From contig NC_043010.1 in assembly GCF_006345805.1 (NCBI RefSeq), positions 39,866,001 to 39,930,000 on the forward strand: a stretch of 64,000 nucleotides of DNA, given 5' to 3'. Position numbers and translations under genes: made by a program. Shown in pieces: positions 1 to 14,597 of the stretch (the first letter of the stretch is position 1; each line of letters opens with the position of its first letter). The notes under the pieces were generated by a model. The model was given only the letters and a program-made list of their open reading frames with translations, was not told the origin of the DNA and made no database searches. The stretch comes from Octopus sinensis (lineage: Eukaryota).

Positions 1-134
1 GGGAGAGCAGAAATTCTTCGCTTGCATATTTTGAGTTGCTGGCACTGTTTGTCGAGCAGATCTTCAGAAGCAATAAGAAGCCGAAAGGGTATGCTCCCAC
101 TTTCAGTGTTTTCAAATCCAAACCAAGGAGTTCT

Positions 135-184
135 GAGCTGATGATAGAAATGTCGAGTTGACTAATCTAGAAACGTACGTTCTC
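135..184 (+). ncRNA. Type I hammerhead ribozyme, array A copy 1
   Basis: GAG-CTGATGA(138-144)-helix II TAGA..GTC-GAGTT-GAC..TCTA-GAAA(170-173)-CGTACG-T-T|CTC. Palindromic helix III ACGTACGT, GUU triplet, non-canonical U10.1-A11.1 pair. Confidence 0.75.
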
Positions 185-697
185 AAATAACCTTTGCATT
201 GATTTTTTAATGTCTTTACCCCCATACTTTCGTGAGTTGAATTGAGCAAACACTATATGAGAGAGATTTTCTTTAAGTATTAGAAATAGTTTTTAAAAAG
301 TTTTTTTAGCTACTATTTCTAATGAGTTCAGTATGTGGCAAAGTAATTTATTTATTTTACTAAGCCCTTTTATATAATGTAATAATTTGAATTCGCCTTA
401 AATGGTCCCTTTGCATACTGAATACTTGGTGAAATTGATTAATAATTAATTAATTTTACCCTCAATTGTTGAAATTATAATTCATCTCTCTCTATTTAAT
501 GTTTCGGATTTTACCGAAAAAGCATAGTGTTTACTGATTTTAACCCACGCTGGTGGAAAGGGAGAGCAGAGAAATTCTTCGCTTGCATATTTTGAGTTGC
601 TGGCACTGTTAGTTTCGAGCAGATCTTCAGAAGCGATAAGAAGCCGAAAGGGTATGCTCCCACTTTCAGTGTTTTCAAATCCAAACCAAGGAGTTCT

Positions 698-747
698 GAG
701 CTGATGATAGAAATGTCGAGTTGACTAATCTAGAAACGTACGTTCTC
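698..747 (+). ncRNA. Type I hammerhead ribozyme, array A copy 2
   Basis: Same motif as 135-184: CTGATGA at 701-707, GAAA at 733-736, predicted cleavage after 744, which is 563 nt from the first site. Confidence 0.75.
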
Positions 748-986
748 AAATAACCTTTGCAATTGATTTTTTAATGTCTTTACCCCCATACTTTCGTGAG
801 TTGAATTGAGCAAACACTATATGAGTGAGATTTTCTTTAAGTATTAGAAATAGTTTTTAAAAATTTTTTTAGCTACTATTTCTAATGAGTTCAGTATGTG
901 GCAAAGTAATTTATTTTACTAAGCCCTTTTATATAATATATATATATATATATATAAATATATAATATATAAATATATATAAATAT

Positions 987-1030
<44 letters not shown>

Positions 1031-1047
1031 TATATATATTATATATA

Positions 1048-1103
<56 letters not shown>

Positions 1104-2720
1104 ATTATATATATATATGCGTATGTGTGTGCCTGTGTATGCTTGTTTGTATAGTGACCATGTAGAAATCCACTGCCTGTCTGAGGCTTTGTTTAATGTT
1201 TGTTGGTGACTATGTGAAAAGATTATCGTCATAGTTTTAAATTGCAATAAGTTTCTTCTTGATGCCCTATGTTCTTTATAACAGAATCTGAATATGCATG
1301 TGTCATCGCACGACTCTCACATCTCCCTGATATCTTAGATACGACCCCTATTGTGTACATCCAGAAACTCAACTCTAATGGACCTTTCTTCATTTCTTCA
1401 CAATCCTTTCTTCAACGACTGTTGAAATATCCTTGTTAAACAGATTGTCTTTTGTGTGAAAGGTGTTGCTGAACATAATTATATTCTTAATAAAGACTAG
1501 AATTTATTCTATGACGTTTACTTATTGGAATCAAATACCGAATTTACCGTTTGAATTTGTTTCTCAGTGGTCGAGACGATACCATAATTATAAGGAATTT
1601 AGGCTCTTGAGGGGACAACAAATGATAAGTTTGAATATACGGGCCATGAGATGCTCCACTAGAATATTTCAATATTTCTGGAAGTCGACGGCAAATTTCT
1701 ATGCTGGATACCGATGTTGTATCTACGCAGTTGATTTAATAATACGCTACAAACTAATAAACTGTCTGCCTACGATGTGCAGCTTGGATGGATTCGCTGC
1801 GAAAATTTTATATATAAGGATATATAAAGATTTAATATAAACTATACTGAATATCTTATAACACGTCATTAACTTGAATTGTTGAAACTTTATATTCTTC
1901 TGATAATAGTACACGTATATAGTTTTAAATTTGACGGATGAGAATCTCATAATATTTAATGAAAATATCTCTGTATTTTAATAAAATGACTGAATGTCCA
2001 TGATACCTTTGGAAAATAATATCGTTATACTGAGCCGGTAGATATGCATGAAATTAAAGCCTGATTTCAAATGACTTTCTGTTGACTTTATCGATATTTC
2101 ATTATTACTAACTTGTGAGCTGAAATAAAATTTGCTGCATCGGTTGTGGCAGTATTTGTTACCGATTTATATATTCTGGTCTCAAATCATTCCACAGAGG
2201 TCAATGTTTTATTCTGTTCCTTTGGAGTCGATATAATACGGAACAAGTCATATAATCGAAAGTCGATGGTATGCACTACATATACTCCTCACAAGTTCTG
2301 CCTTACATCTTAAATTAGAAGCAACTATTTTCAGTAAATGAAATGAATATATGTTTAGAGCGTCGAATAAAATACTTTGTGATATTTAGTCACCGCTCCT
2401 TATGTTCCGACTTCAAGCCAGCTTTATATTGATTCTTTTGAGTTCGTTGAAATAGAGTATTGGTTAAGTCATATAGTCAATGCTATTGATTAACTTACTC
2501 TCCGTAAAGACTTGTGTCAAAATTAGAAATGATTACTATTAACATCCATTTGAAAGAATTTGTGGAGCATTGTACAGAATGCTTTATGATATTTGACAAC
2601 AATACTATACGCTCTGAGTTCAAATCCCACTGAAGGCAACATTGTCACGGATTCTTGAGGGATAGACGAAATAGATACCAGTCATTAACTGAGTTTTCTG
2701 GTAATAGACACTTTTACACG

Positions 2721-2935
2721 TTTACTTGCTTCAGTCATTTGACAGTGGAGATGCTGGAGCACCGCCTTTAGACGAGCAAATCGACCCCAGGACGTATTCT
2801 TTCTAAGCCTAGTACTTATTCTATTGGTCCGTTTTGCCGAACCACTAAGTTACGGGGACGTAAACACACCAGCATCGGTTGTCAAGCCATGTTGGGGGAC
2901 AAACACAGACACACAAACACACACACATATATATA

Positions 2936-2974
<39 letters not shown>

Positions 2975-3137
2975 GACGGGATTCTTTCAGTTCCTGTCTA
3001 GGAAATCCACTCACAAGGCTTTGGTCGGTCTGAGGCTATAGTAGAACACACTTGCCGAATGTGCCACGCAGTGGGACTGAACCCGGAACCATGTGGTTGG
3101 TAAGCAAGCTATTTACCACACAGCCACTCCTACGCCT
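2721..3137 (-). mobile_element. tRNA-derived SINE, octopus-type family 1
   Basis: Minus-strand head AGGCGTAGGAGTGGCTGTGTGG...GGTTCAGTCCC (A-box and B-box like), internal (TA)n/(CA)n, tail; related copies at 7260, 40575, 45874 and 59849. Confidence 0.85.
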
Positions 3138-4449
3138 AAATATAAATACACTAGATATAAATACATAAAACATTAATTACGTTAGGTATTGTGATGTTTG
3201 CGGAATAAAAAAAAATGTATTTTTTTATGTGAGAGATTTTGAGAGCGATGGTTTATATGTATGTTGATGTTCGCTAACCTAATGCAGATTTAGAAAGTGA
3301 TTTACGTTCTGAACATTCATTCACATAATATATGTATTGTGTTTTATTCTTACTTTTAGCATCGATATACAGAATAATGTTTTGAGGACGCACGAATCAT
3401 TCGTAATTTCAAGTTGTATGTGGACAATAGAAATAATATTTTCATAACAGATATAAAATCGTGTACAGGAAAGGAGATGCAGAAAAAATGGCGTTCGCAT
3501 AATAACAACGACAATAACAGGGGAGCATTGACATGATGTTAAACACTTGATGATAATTGTAAGTTTTGAAAAGTTAATGGATGTACTTTATTTATTGATG
3601 GAAAGCAGCGACAGGTGGGGATACAGAAATAAACGGCTGTATCTATAAAATAACATTGTCAAAATATTCAGACAACAACATTGCATACAGAAATACTCTC
3701 TCACAACACACAAACATATATGTGCGTGTATGTGTGTACGTGTATTTAAATACACACACGCAGAGACAGCCACACACGTATTTGAATATAACACAAACAT
3801 GATTCCATGGAATCATCTTGTATTAAGAAAAAGCACAGTGTTTTAGTTATTCTAAGTTTAATTTTATTTTTCGCATAGAAGTGTATATGTACCTTGCAAA
3901 ATATTTCGAACTGTAGAAATTTCAAACCCCATATTTCCTTCAAACTTTTGCTGCACTTCCTGCATGTTAGCTACTTTCTTAGAATGTCAAAGGGACGAAC
4001 TTTGACATCACGACTGGAAGTTAAAATTCAATACTGAATTAAACAAACAAGTCCCGCAAACAAAAAAAAAAAGAAAAATCGACTGATGCAGTATAAGGTT
4101 ACGGAAAAACACACGCACACATTTGCAAATTATTTGGGCTTGTGTTACATACGTGGCTGTGCTTCAATGTTTGTTTTTTCTCACATTATTCGCAACCGGT
4201 TTTGATTTATTCGCGTCCATCAGCATAGTGATTCATCAAAGTAAGTTGACGGAGTAAGTATCCGATATAATCTAGCATATTATGATCACAAAGAAAATTA
4301 ATGAAGAAAACATGATTATGCAGAGGCAAAACAGAAGTAAATAGACACGTCCTTACACGTTATTTTATGCTTATTTTAACTTTAAAATGGATACATATTT
4401 TATCTATTGATATTGTTACCGTTTAGGTTCTATATGTGACTGTTTAATC

Positions 4450-4910
4450 ATGCTACGGAGAAGAGAATTTTTGGAACTTTCCGAATTTGAAAGAGGCCGT
4501 ATTGCGGGTCTATCTGAAGAAAAACCTTAGTATCACGATTTCTACAGTTATCTCTCCCAGGTTAACCAGGGCCCTGTGATAGGACCCCTCACTTCCTTAA
4601 GAGAAGTGTGGAGGATAACCATCGTAGAAAGGCTTCTTATTTAGCAGATGTCAGTCGACGTCAGTCTCAAAGCAACTCTCAGGTATCTCCACAAACGTGG
4701 CTACAATGGCAGAGCAGCAAGAAAGATGCGACATCTTTGAGCAACCAATATCAGGAGAAATATTTGAGCCAGCAGGATGGTGGAAAGACCACAAGCATTT
4801 TGGGACACTGTCATTATTCTCTGATGAATCCAGATTTACTATATTTACTGACAGTAGACGAGTGTGTGTCTGGAGATTCTGTGATCAAGAATATGACGTT
4901 AAAGGTAAAT
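4450..4910 (+). pseudogene. Tc1-family transposase relic, disrupted
   Basis: Reads MLRRREFLELSEFERGRIAGLSE at the start and LFSDESRF..DSRRVCVWR downstream (Tc1/Tc3 first catalytic Asp region); frameshifts and unrelated sequence in between. Confidence 0.75.
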
Positions 4911-5276
4911 ATCAGTTAAATTTTTTCACTATTGTAGTGCCTAGGAATCTCCATCTTCAAGTAATACTGGTAATCATGAGAAGTTGATATTGGAAATAGA
5001 TTTTCTTGAAGAGAATTGTCAACCTCTTTACATTTCTCGATATCCATGTAAACATAGTCTGTTGTGTGTGTACATGCGTGAAAAAGAGATGAATAGGTGG
5101 ATGAATTGATGGATACTTGAGCGTGAGCGTGTGCGTGTGCATGTATATATATCACCATGAACCCCGTGACCGACCAGGCTATCAGATGTTGCTAGACATC
5201 GCTGGTCACAATGCGCTTCGCATTGTTTTAGCCTTCAAATGACGCCACCCCGCTGGCAAAACGAGCAGGCCATATG

Positions 5277-5359
<83 letters not shown>

Positions 5360-5622
5360 ATACATAGATAGAAAGATAAATAGATCTCAAGAAACTGCCA
5401 AAACTATTTGAAAGCTAACTTATAAAAGTTTTAATAATTTCAAGATTAAATAAACATTAATGTTAACATCTCAGTTATTTAATTAACTTAATCTTGATAA
5501 TGATCATTATCATAATGATGATGAGCATGATGGGGATCATGCTGACGAACATAAAACTCATCATCATCATCATCTTCAGCCTCCTCCTCAACATCATCAT
5601 CATCAGCATTAATATAATTATA

Positions 5623-5660
<38 letters not shown>

Positions 5661-5916
5661 CTCTCGTGGAGTTGAATTATATAATGACTCTAGATAAGGA
5701 GCTAACAAGATATTTTTTTTAATATGATTACGAAGAAACCAGAGAAAATATGTAACAGGCTTACTCAGACGTAAAACTATCTGAATATCAAAGAATGAAG
5801 AGACGTCAGTGATTTAAAAGCAGATACTACAAACAACCTCACTATTTCTTGAGACTTTAACGTATTGATGATGATTTTATTCCAGAAATGACGCGAAAGG
5901 TTGCCTGGTATATCAA

Positions 5917-5951
<35 letters not shown>

Positions 5952-6003
5952 TGTATGTATGTATGTATGTATGTATGTATGCATGTATCTATGTATGTAT
6001 GTA

Positions 6004-6048
<45 letters not shown>

Positions 6049-6049
<1 letters not shown>

Positions 6050-6290
6050 TAATAAAATACAAAATGGGACAAGGACACAAGAAGTCCGGACAACTAGATG
6101 GCACAAAAAGGGACAACAAAACATCCAGATAGACGATACAAAAAAACACGGACGGGTCATTCGAAGCCTTTTCTCTTCAGTCAAGAACCGGATCATCCTC
6201 GCAATTTCCGCTGATTAATCTTGAGATTGCTCCAATCTGGCTAGCCCCAAGGTAAAACTAAGCTAAGAGTATTAGATTCCATGGAAAAAA
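6049..6290 (-). repeat. Dispersed repeat with a degenerate HHR-like motif; second copy at 6808-6962
   Basis: AATAAAATACAAAATGGGACAAG...GTCATTCGAAGCCTTTT.TCTTCAGTCAAGAA is shared by both copies; both start from (TA)n. Confidence 0.6.
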
Positions 6291-7259
6291 TCATCGGATG
6301 TATACGAAAACAAGGACGGAAAAATAGACGATGTTACACGAATATGAATACAAAAATGCAATAACAATAACAATAATAATAATAACAATAACAGGACACA
6401 ATAACAGGCGTCTTTCCACTGGGGACGAATTGAATTCAGCTGGCGTGTGTGGAAATGAAGCCTTGCGGCAGAGGGAAGATTATCGATGTGGCAGTGACCG
6501 TGGTCAGACGCAAAAGGGCTATCAGTCGGCCAATGAGTCACATGAGAAGAGAAGAGAAAGAAAAAGAGGAACAAAGGAATTAAGGAGAGGGAGAAGAGAG
6601 AGTGTGTATAGAAGTAGATAGACGGAAGAATCAAGGAATGGCGAGAAAAAAAGAGAGACAGGGACATAGTGAAGTGAAAAGTGAGTAAGAAAGGCAAAGT
6701 AATGTGAGAGAGAGGGACGAGAAAGAGTTGAAAAAGTCGTACAAAATTTTGTGAAATGTGTACTTACATATAAGAGAACAAAGTGTACGTACGCTGCTAT
6801 ATATATATAATAAAATACAAAATGGGACAAGAACGCAAAGCATCCGAACAACTAGGTGATACAAAAAGGGAAAACAGAACATCCAATAGACGATACAGAA
6901 AAGACAAGGACGAGTCATTCGAAGCCTTTTATCTTCAGTCAAGAAACGGATTATCCTCGCAAGTTTATATATTATATATATATATATAATATATATAATA
7001 TATACATGTATATAAATAGAGAGAGAGAGTGAGGTGCGTGTTGTTTGATGATGTGTACAGGTATTGTATATTGAGAAAAAGTGAGAATTTTGGATAATCC
7101 ATTAAAAGCGCTTTCGTTCGTTTACGTACCCAATACAAAATCAAAATCGAAACGGACCTTTTTGATTTTGATTTTCTGGTGAGTTCGTAAACGACACGAA
7201 CGTGCTAATAATGGATTATATAAAATTTCCCTGCCTCCTTTTTCGCAATATATACAATA

Positions 7260-7402
7260 GGTGTACGAGTGGCTGTGTGGTAAGCAGCTTTCTTGCGAAC
7301 CACATGGTTTCTGGTTCAGTCCCACTGCGTGGCACCTTGGGCAAGTGTCTCCTACTATAACCTCGGGCCGACCAAAGCCTTGTGAGTGGATTTGATAGAC
7401 GG

Positions 7403-7408
<6 letters not shown>
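7260..7408 (+). mobile_element. SINE family 1, 5' part
   Basis: GTGGCTGTGTGGTAAG...GGTTCAGTCCCACTGCGTGGCAC head, ending in (GT)n. Confidence 0.8.
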
Positions 7409-7452
<44 letters not shown>

Positions 7453-8427
7453 TGTAGAATATGAGGGGCTTAGTTCACTGGTGTTCTAAATGTATAGGCA
7501 CGCTGAGCAAGTGCTGTAATTGTTCGTCCGTTAGGTTCCAAATGTACAGCTGATGCTGGAGCTAGGAATCCGTATTAGGCCTCCGTATTATCAGGTATAG
7601 TTCACATTAGAAGAAACAAGATAACAAAAAGCAAGACAGGACGGGTATTTCAAGTCTTTTAGAACACTTTAATTATGGAAAGCTGAATTTGAAGTATTAT
7701 CCCATATAGTAGGCTAGCATATTTGTACACCGTATAGACTGTATGTCAGAGACAAGGTGAGTGGGTATGAAAGTTATAGAAGGGAATTTCACAGTTTGTA
7801 AAGAATAGAACAATATAGAATAAGGAGCACAATTAAATGGAAGAATACAGAAAGGAGAATAAATTTCACTGTTCATCTTTTTTCCAGTGTGCTCTTTAAC
7901 CGCTTCATCATGAATGTATAATTCAAAATAACGCCACAATACTGCGAGGATTTACCTGGGATTATATCTAAGAGTCTATACCTTTTTCCATACCGTCTGG
8001 AAAATGATGAACAATGAACTTTATTATCCTGTCTGTATTCTATCTACTTGTTCTCTTTATATTTCTACTTTATTTCTTATAAACTTTACATGTGAAATAT
8101 TTTCATAGAATTTACCTGTCAAATACTTTCATAGATATTCACCTTGTCTCTTATGATGGAATGCTCTGTGTACGGACATGCTAGCCTATCACTTGGGACA
8201 TCCCAAAAAGTGCTCTAAGACTTCAAATTCACCTTATACTGTATAACTTGAAATACTCGGTCTGCTTTGGTTTTTCTTGTCTTTTTCCCTCTATATATAT
8301 ATATATATATACATATGATATATATATATTATATATATATAGATATATACTATACATATGCATATATATATTAATATATATATATATATACATATGCATA
8401 TATATATATATATATATAATATACATA

Positions 8428-8476
<49 letters not shown>

Positions 8477-8598
8477 GCATATATATATATAATAATATAT
8501 ATATTACATATGCATATATATATATATATATATATGTATTATATATGTATATATGTATATATATGTATATATATGTATATATGTATATATAGTATATT

Positions 8599-8629
<31 letters not shown>

Positions 8630-8678
8630 ATATATGTATATATATATGTATATATGTGTGTGTATATATATATAATCA

Positions 8679-8723
<45 letters not shown>

Positions 8724-9115
8724 CAAACAGACAGACAGAGATATATAAATAGGAGCGCGCATGAAACGTATTTGTACCGTAAATAATTATCACGAATTTA
8801 TCAAGACTTGGGCGAAGAGAACATTAACAGTAAATAAGTTTGTCACAAGAGAATTCAGTTACATTAAATACACCATAGGGAGATGGAAAATTGTTGTTCT
8901 GATATACAAAAGAAGAATCTCTATTAGAAGAATATGTGTGTATAGGAGTCCATATCAGAAATTTTTTTCTGTCGCATGCGCATCGAATAAACACATTAAC
9001 ATAAAATATATTGGACTCGAATACAAATGCTATGAGAGAGGCATCGACCATTATATATGTCTGCATGTCTGTGTATACATACCTCCATACATACCTCCAT
9101 ACCTCCATACATACA

Positions 9116-9148
<33 letters not shown>

Positions 9149-9214
9149 TCATACATACAAGCATGCATACATACGTATATGCATAAATGCATACTTAGTT
9201 ACACCCACTATGAC

Positions 9215-9250
<36 letters not shown>

Positions 9251-10735
9251 TTGTGTAAAGAACAACAAAACCTACTGCCGCTTCTATAGAAATGTACCGG
9301 AGAAATAGACATGATTCTCGGTGAACAAAAACACAGACAACCATGAAAAGAGGAAAATTAATTAACATCTATGATAAAAGAGAATTACACCAAACACAAT
9401 CACTCACGAGTGAAAAGTTTATAGAATTGTATAAAACCATTACATTATATAAGAAAACAGTTAAATTCCAGTATGTGAACCTATTTGCATGAATAGTCTA
9501 TTTTAGTATTAAGTTATAGTTAGAGTGTTCATAATTGAAAGCTAAATGAATTAGTAAGATTAGATAGAATAACAAGTAAAATTAGTTATTGCATTTATAA
9601 ATATTTTTTCTAAGTTTGAAATCAAGAACATAATCTTTTAGTCTCACAAAGATATTGAATTAGACGTACACGAATGTAATAAAAAAAAGTGAAATATTAA
9701 AATATTAAAAGCCATAAAACAAAGGGAAAAAATGTTTTCCATTTTCGAGCAAACTAACAAATAAGTAGCTTAGACGGAAGTGAGAGACATTTGTCAGAAA
9801 TACGCAATGGCAGCATAAAATAATAAACAAAAGGAAAGACCTGCGTATAATTTCAATTTCAGTTTCAATACCTATGTACATACACATGCGTATATTATGC
9901 GTGTGTGTGTGTGTGAATAATTAAATAAGGTTTTTATTGTCAGTAATTTACAATAATATCAGTGGCTAGCATGCGTAAAAGAAGTATAAAGGCAAAATTA
10001 GTAATTAATATTGAAGGGTACCACTGGCAGCACCAATGTGCTAAAAATAGAAGTCAAAACAACTAAAAGCCACAGTTTCCACATGTACACAAGGACGAAA
10101 TCGAGAGAAGGTACAGTAAAATTTCAAGACCTAGTCCTGCAGACGCACAGAATCAAAAAGTCGAAAATGAAACTCAGAATTTCGATATTGAGGTTAAGGA
10201 AAAACGTATCGAAAATAGGTCACGTGTCTGCGGAGCACGTGCACCCCTTATAGATACCAGGTATCATCAGTGATACTTACTAAACATTGTTGTAACAATT
10301 CCAGGAATTCCAGGATGGACGTTGTCTATATATTAATGATAACTAGAGATGGAATATACCAAAATGAAAAAAAAGAATTATTACCACAACTACTGTTTCA
10401 ACTTCAAGATGCCCTGCTCCAGGTGAGATTATCCCACCTGAGGAGTCTTCTATGCTCTGTGCGTTGCATCTGGTTTTATTGCATCGTTCCACGGCTACAA
10501 GAGTGCAGTGAATCTTGAACATGGAACAACTGTTATGGTAATATAATTTTTTTATTGGTATATTCCGTCTTCTCATTTCATCTTTAATATATACATACAT
10601 ACATACATATATATATATATAATTTTTATATTTTATATATTTCGTATATTAAATTAATTATTTTTATTTTTATGTTTTGGTTTATGTTTTTCATAGTTTG
10701 ATTTGCCTAATAGTGGTTTTATCTCTAATTTAATT

Positions 10736-10775
<40 letters not shown>

Positions 10776-10786
10776 TGGATAGACAT

Positions 10787-10836
<50 letters not shown>

Positions 10837-11962
10837 GTGTGTGTGTGCTCAACAGGTACATATTTTCTCGACCTTGAAGGGATAAAAGTTGAATTCGAAG
10901 TCGATGGGATTTGAACTTACAACCTAAAGGCAGGCTAAATGTTGTTAAGCATTTTATCTCGCATGTTAACGATTCTGCCACCTCAATAATGATAATAATA
11001 ATCCTTTCAACGTAAACGCAAAGGCAGCATTTTTTTAAAATTCTTGGTGGGGATGAGGACTAGTCGATTACATCAACCCAAGTGTTTCACTAGTACTTGA
11101 TGTATCGACTCCGAAAGGATGAAAGGCAAAGTCAACCTCGCGGAATCTGAACTCATAACGAAAAGACGGACGAAATGCCGCTAAGCATTTTTCACGGCGT
11201 GCTAACTTAATGATACTTATAATAAATGAAAAAACAAATCACAGTGTGCTGAAAGAGGGACTCAAAAGAGAGAAATCAAAGGAAAACTAGGATTTTTAAC
11301 CAGCAACACTGTCCGTGATATACCACGCAAAGTCATGATTAGTGCAGTGCTCGCAAACATATCTATTTATATCGATGGAATAACATTAAAGAGATTTTTA
11401 AAATAGCTGAACTTCTGAAGGATAGCTATGAGAATATAAGAAATACACCAAGTAATTAATGCAACGTTTGTATCTTTTCTCACATAAGTAAATTATAACA
11501 AATGTTTGAAAGAAGAGCGTATTTGCCACCGCACAAAAAACCACTGTGTAAGAACATCTCCAACGAACACTGTAGCGATGCGAGTTCCTAACGCCATATA
11601 CAAAAATGGAAGTCGTATCGATTTTTCCATGTTTAGAAACAGAACAGCTGGAAGATAGATAACGAAACGTGTAATGTATCCATGAACACAAATAAGCCAG
11701 AGTTAGATGAAAATGATGTCAGTTAAAATAAGCAATCAGAATTTACTCCCGAGTCTTGCAAGTTTAAGACAAAATGATAAGTAGATCAGAGATGAATACC
11801 TCTCCAAACTACATTATCTGCTGCAAGAAAATCCAAGCAAAATCATGACAATAATGCAGCATATAAATGCATGAAATCATGCATACATTTACATACATAT
11901 GCACAGGTTCGGGGGCACACGCACACACACACACACAGGTGCACACTCAAATATACACACAG

Positions 11963-12015
<53 letters not shown>

Positions 12016-12390
12016 TATACATATAGTTATTTATATCTATATATAGGGATGTATATTATATTTCTCTATATATACTATTTATTTATATATATATATTCGT
12101 ATTCATATATATAATATATATATTATATAAACATATCATATATATGTGATATAATATATATACACATACACATATACATAAATGTATACTTATATATATA
12201 TATAATATATTATAATATATATATACATATTTACATATATATATACATATATATATATACATACATATATATATATATACATACATATACATACATATAT
12301 ATACATACAGGTGCTATTAAGTTAGACATGGCCTGGGCCAATAATGGCCGAAACCTATCAAAGTATCAAAGTATATATATATATATATAT

Positions 12391-12430
<40 letters not shown>

Positions 12431-13597
12431 ATATATATATATCTATATATACTTATGCATTCCATGTAAAGAAAATAAACCTCATGTAAAAGTGGCTTTG
12501 GATCCGAAAAGACTAGTATATTTAAGAAGATGCAATCTCGGAACCAAAAAAGGGATTAGATAGAACACCTAAAATATAAAGTGGTAATAAAAATACGAAG
12601 GAACTTAAATTTAAGAATCGAGAATAAACAATATGTAATTGAAGCAAAAATAAACATTCAAATCGTGAAAACGATTTATGTAACGCACGCAAGACATTAA
12701 AAGAAACAACGGAGCATGTGATATATCAAAAACGGATACATCTATAAAATATTGCTGAACAAAAGACAAACGAGAGCACAAACGAAAGACGAACGTATGA
12801 ACTAAATGGAAAGCTGAAAGAAGGTTCTTCAATACAAAAATACAAAATTATAAAAACGAAAATTCTAAATATATACAATGTTCTAAAGTCGGATGTTTTT
12901 AATGAGTTAATATCGATAGATATATTTAAGCAGAGAAAGACTCTGTTCAGAAGTATGGAATTTAACAATAAAATACTAATAACAAAATGAAAACCTGAAA
13001 ATAGATAAATGAAATTTGTTTGGGAAATGAGTATTGCTAGGATAGAATAAATATTTAACAGCCAAAACATATTGACTGGAACACGGGGACTTTTATAGAT
13101 TTACTCATGCGGGATTAACGAAACCCAAAGAAACATTTTTGAAAATAAAGCAAAATGCTAGTTAAAAAGTTATAGAAATTTTTCTTGCATTATTTAATAT
13201 AATCGATAAAAAAAATGATACATTTCAAAAACAGATTTAGATGTAAATACATAAATACGGAGGATATATATTTACTTGAGCATTATACAAATTTAAGAAC
13301 GAATGTAAAAAATTGGGTTTATTTTAATCCAAGAAGGGAATAGGGAAATAATGATAGCTTTTCTTGCCGATATATTATTTTCATGAGGGCGATTCGGATT
13401 GAGGAAGAATTATTGTCAATCATTGCTTATATTCCAGCGTGAATTCGTATTAATTGAATCATAGCACATTGCACACGAAGGCGGAATTAACACAAAATGC
13501 TAACTGCGTGTATAGGCATTTTTTAACAATGCGTGTGTGTGTATAGTTAGATAGATATATGCATTATGAATTATATATTTTCATATATACTTATATC

Positions 13598-13932
13598 AGC
13601 TGAGACACCCTCCGGTCATGATTGACCGTGGGATTGCACGTACAAAGTTACCCTCCCAGGCACAAGTCCGGGCAAGGTTGTTTATGGAAGACCAGCAGTC
13701 GCCCATGTATACCACCCTCCCCTCTCCACACCACTAGTGTTATCCAAGGGAAAGGCAAAGGCCGATACAGCTTGGCACTTGTGACATCGCAACTCATTTC
13801 TACAGCTGAGAGAACTGGGGCAACGTGAAATAAAGAGTCTTGCTCAAGAATACACCACAGGCCCGGTCTGAGATACGAACTCCCAACCTCACGATCGTAA
13901 GCTCGACGCTCAAACCACTGAGCCATGCGCCT

Positions 13933-13933
<1 letters not shown>
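13598..13933 (-). mobile_element. tRNA-derived SINE, family 2
   Basis: Minus-strand head GGCGCATGGCTCAGTGG...GGGAGTTCGTATCTC (tRNA-like A and B boxes); body shares TTGCTCAAGAA.AC with other copies. Confidence 0.75.
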
Positions 13934-13975
<42 letters not shown>

Positions 13976-14058
13976 CATATATATATATATGTATATTTAT
14001 ACATGTATATATGCGATATATATACATATATCTATATACCTACATATATATATATATA

Positions 14059-14097
<39 letters not shown>

Positions 14098-14492
14098 GTA
14101 GAAGAAATAGCTATAACCTTTGACTGCTATTTCTAAATTCGGTATGTGGTAAGGCAATTCGTTGCTGAACCCTTATTGCTTAGTATTACTTAAATTTTCC
14201 TCAAATGAGGCTTTTACATGCCGAAGACTACTTGTGTAATTGATAATTATTCCAAATTAATTAATTTCACCCTTCATTATTACGGATAACCATATTTTAT
14301 CTCAGTAGATGACTACAGCATCTTGTTTTGGCTACACGCGGGTGGGAAGGGGCTGTTGACACAATCGTTTCATTCACAAATTTGAATTCGGTGATACTAG
14401 TTGAGGATTCTAGCTCGCTCTGATACTGAGTTGAGTTGGTACCATCCTAGTATCTCAAAATTCAATATATAATCATTTATGATTATAGTATT

Positions 14493-14597
14493 CCACGCTG
14501 AAGAGAAAAGAAGTTTCGGTAAGATAGAATTATTTAATATTTAATATTTTAATTCTTATGCTTTCCTAAGACTTGATTTCGAAACGTACGTCCGTGG
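14493..14597 (+). ncRNA. Type I hammerhead ribozyme, array B copy 1
   Basis: CCACG-CTGAAGA(14498-14504)-76-nt helix II closed by GAAA/TTTC-GAAA(14581-14584)-CGTACG-T-C|CGTGG. Perfect 5-bp helix I, G10.1-C11.1, GUC triplet; cleavage after 14592. Confidence 0.9.

Larger units (their letters stand above)
1..937 (+). repeat. Tandem array A, about 560-563 bp unit (1.7 units visible, cut by the window start), one HHR per unit; retrozyme/Penelope-like
   Basis: GGGAGAGCAG starts at 1 and 560; the units are near-identical apart from small indels; the array runs into (TA)n at about 937. Confidence 0.9.

Noticed and set aside
12330-12360. GGCC..GGCC-GAAACC stem
   Set aside because: No CUGANGA upstream.
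12560-13450. AT-rich, coding-looking stretch as a possible Penelope RT/GIY-YIG relic
   Set aside because: Partial hand translation showed many stops and no recognisable motif; a tBLASTx or HMM search would be needed.
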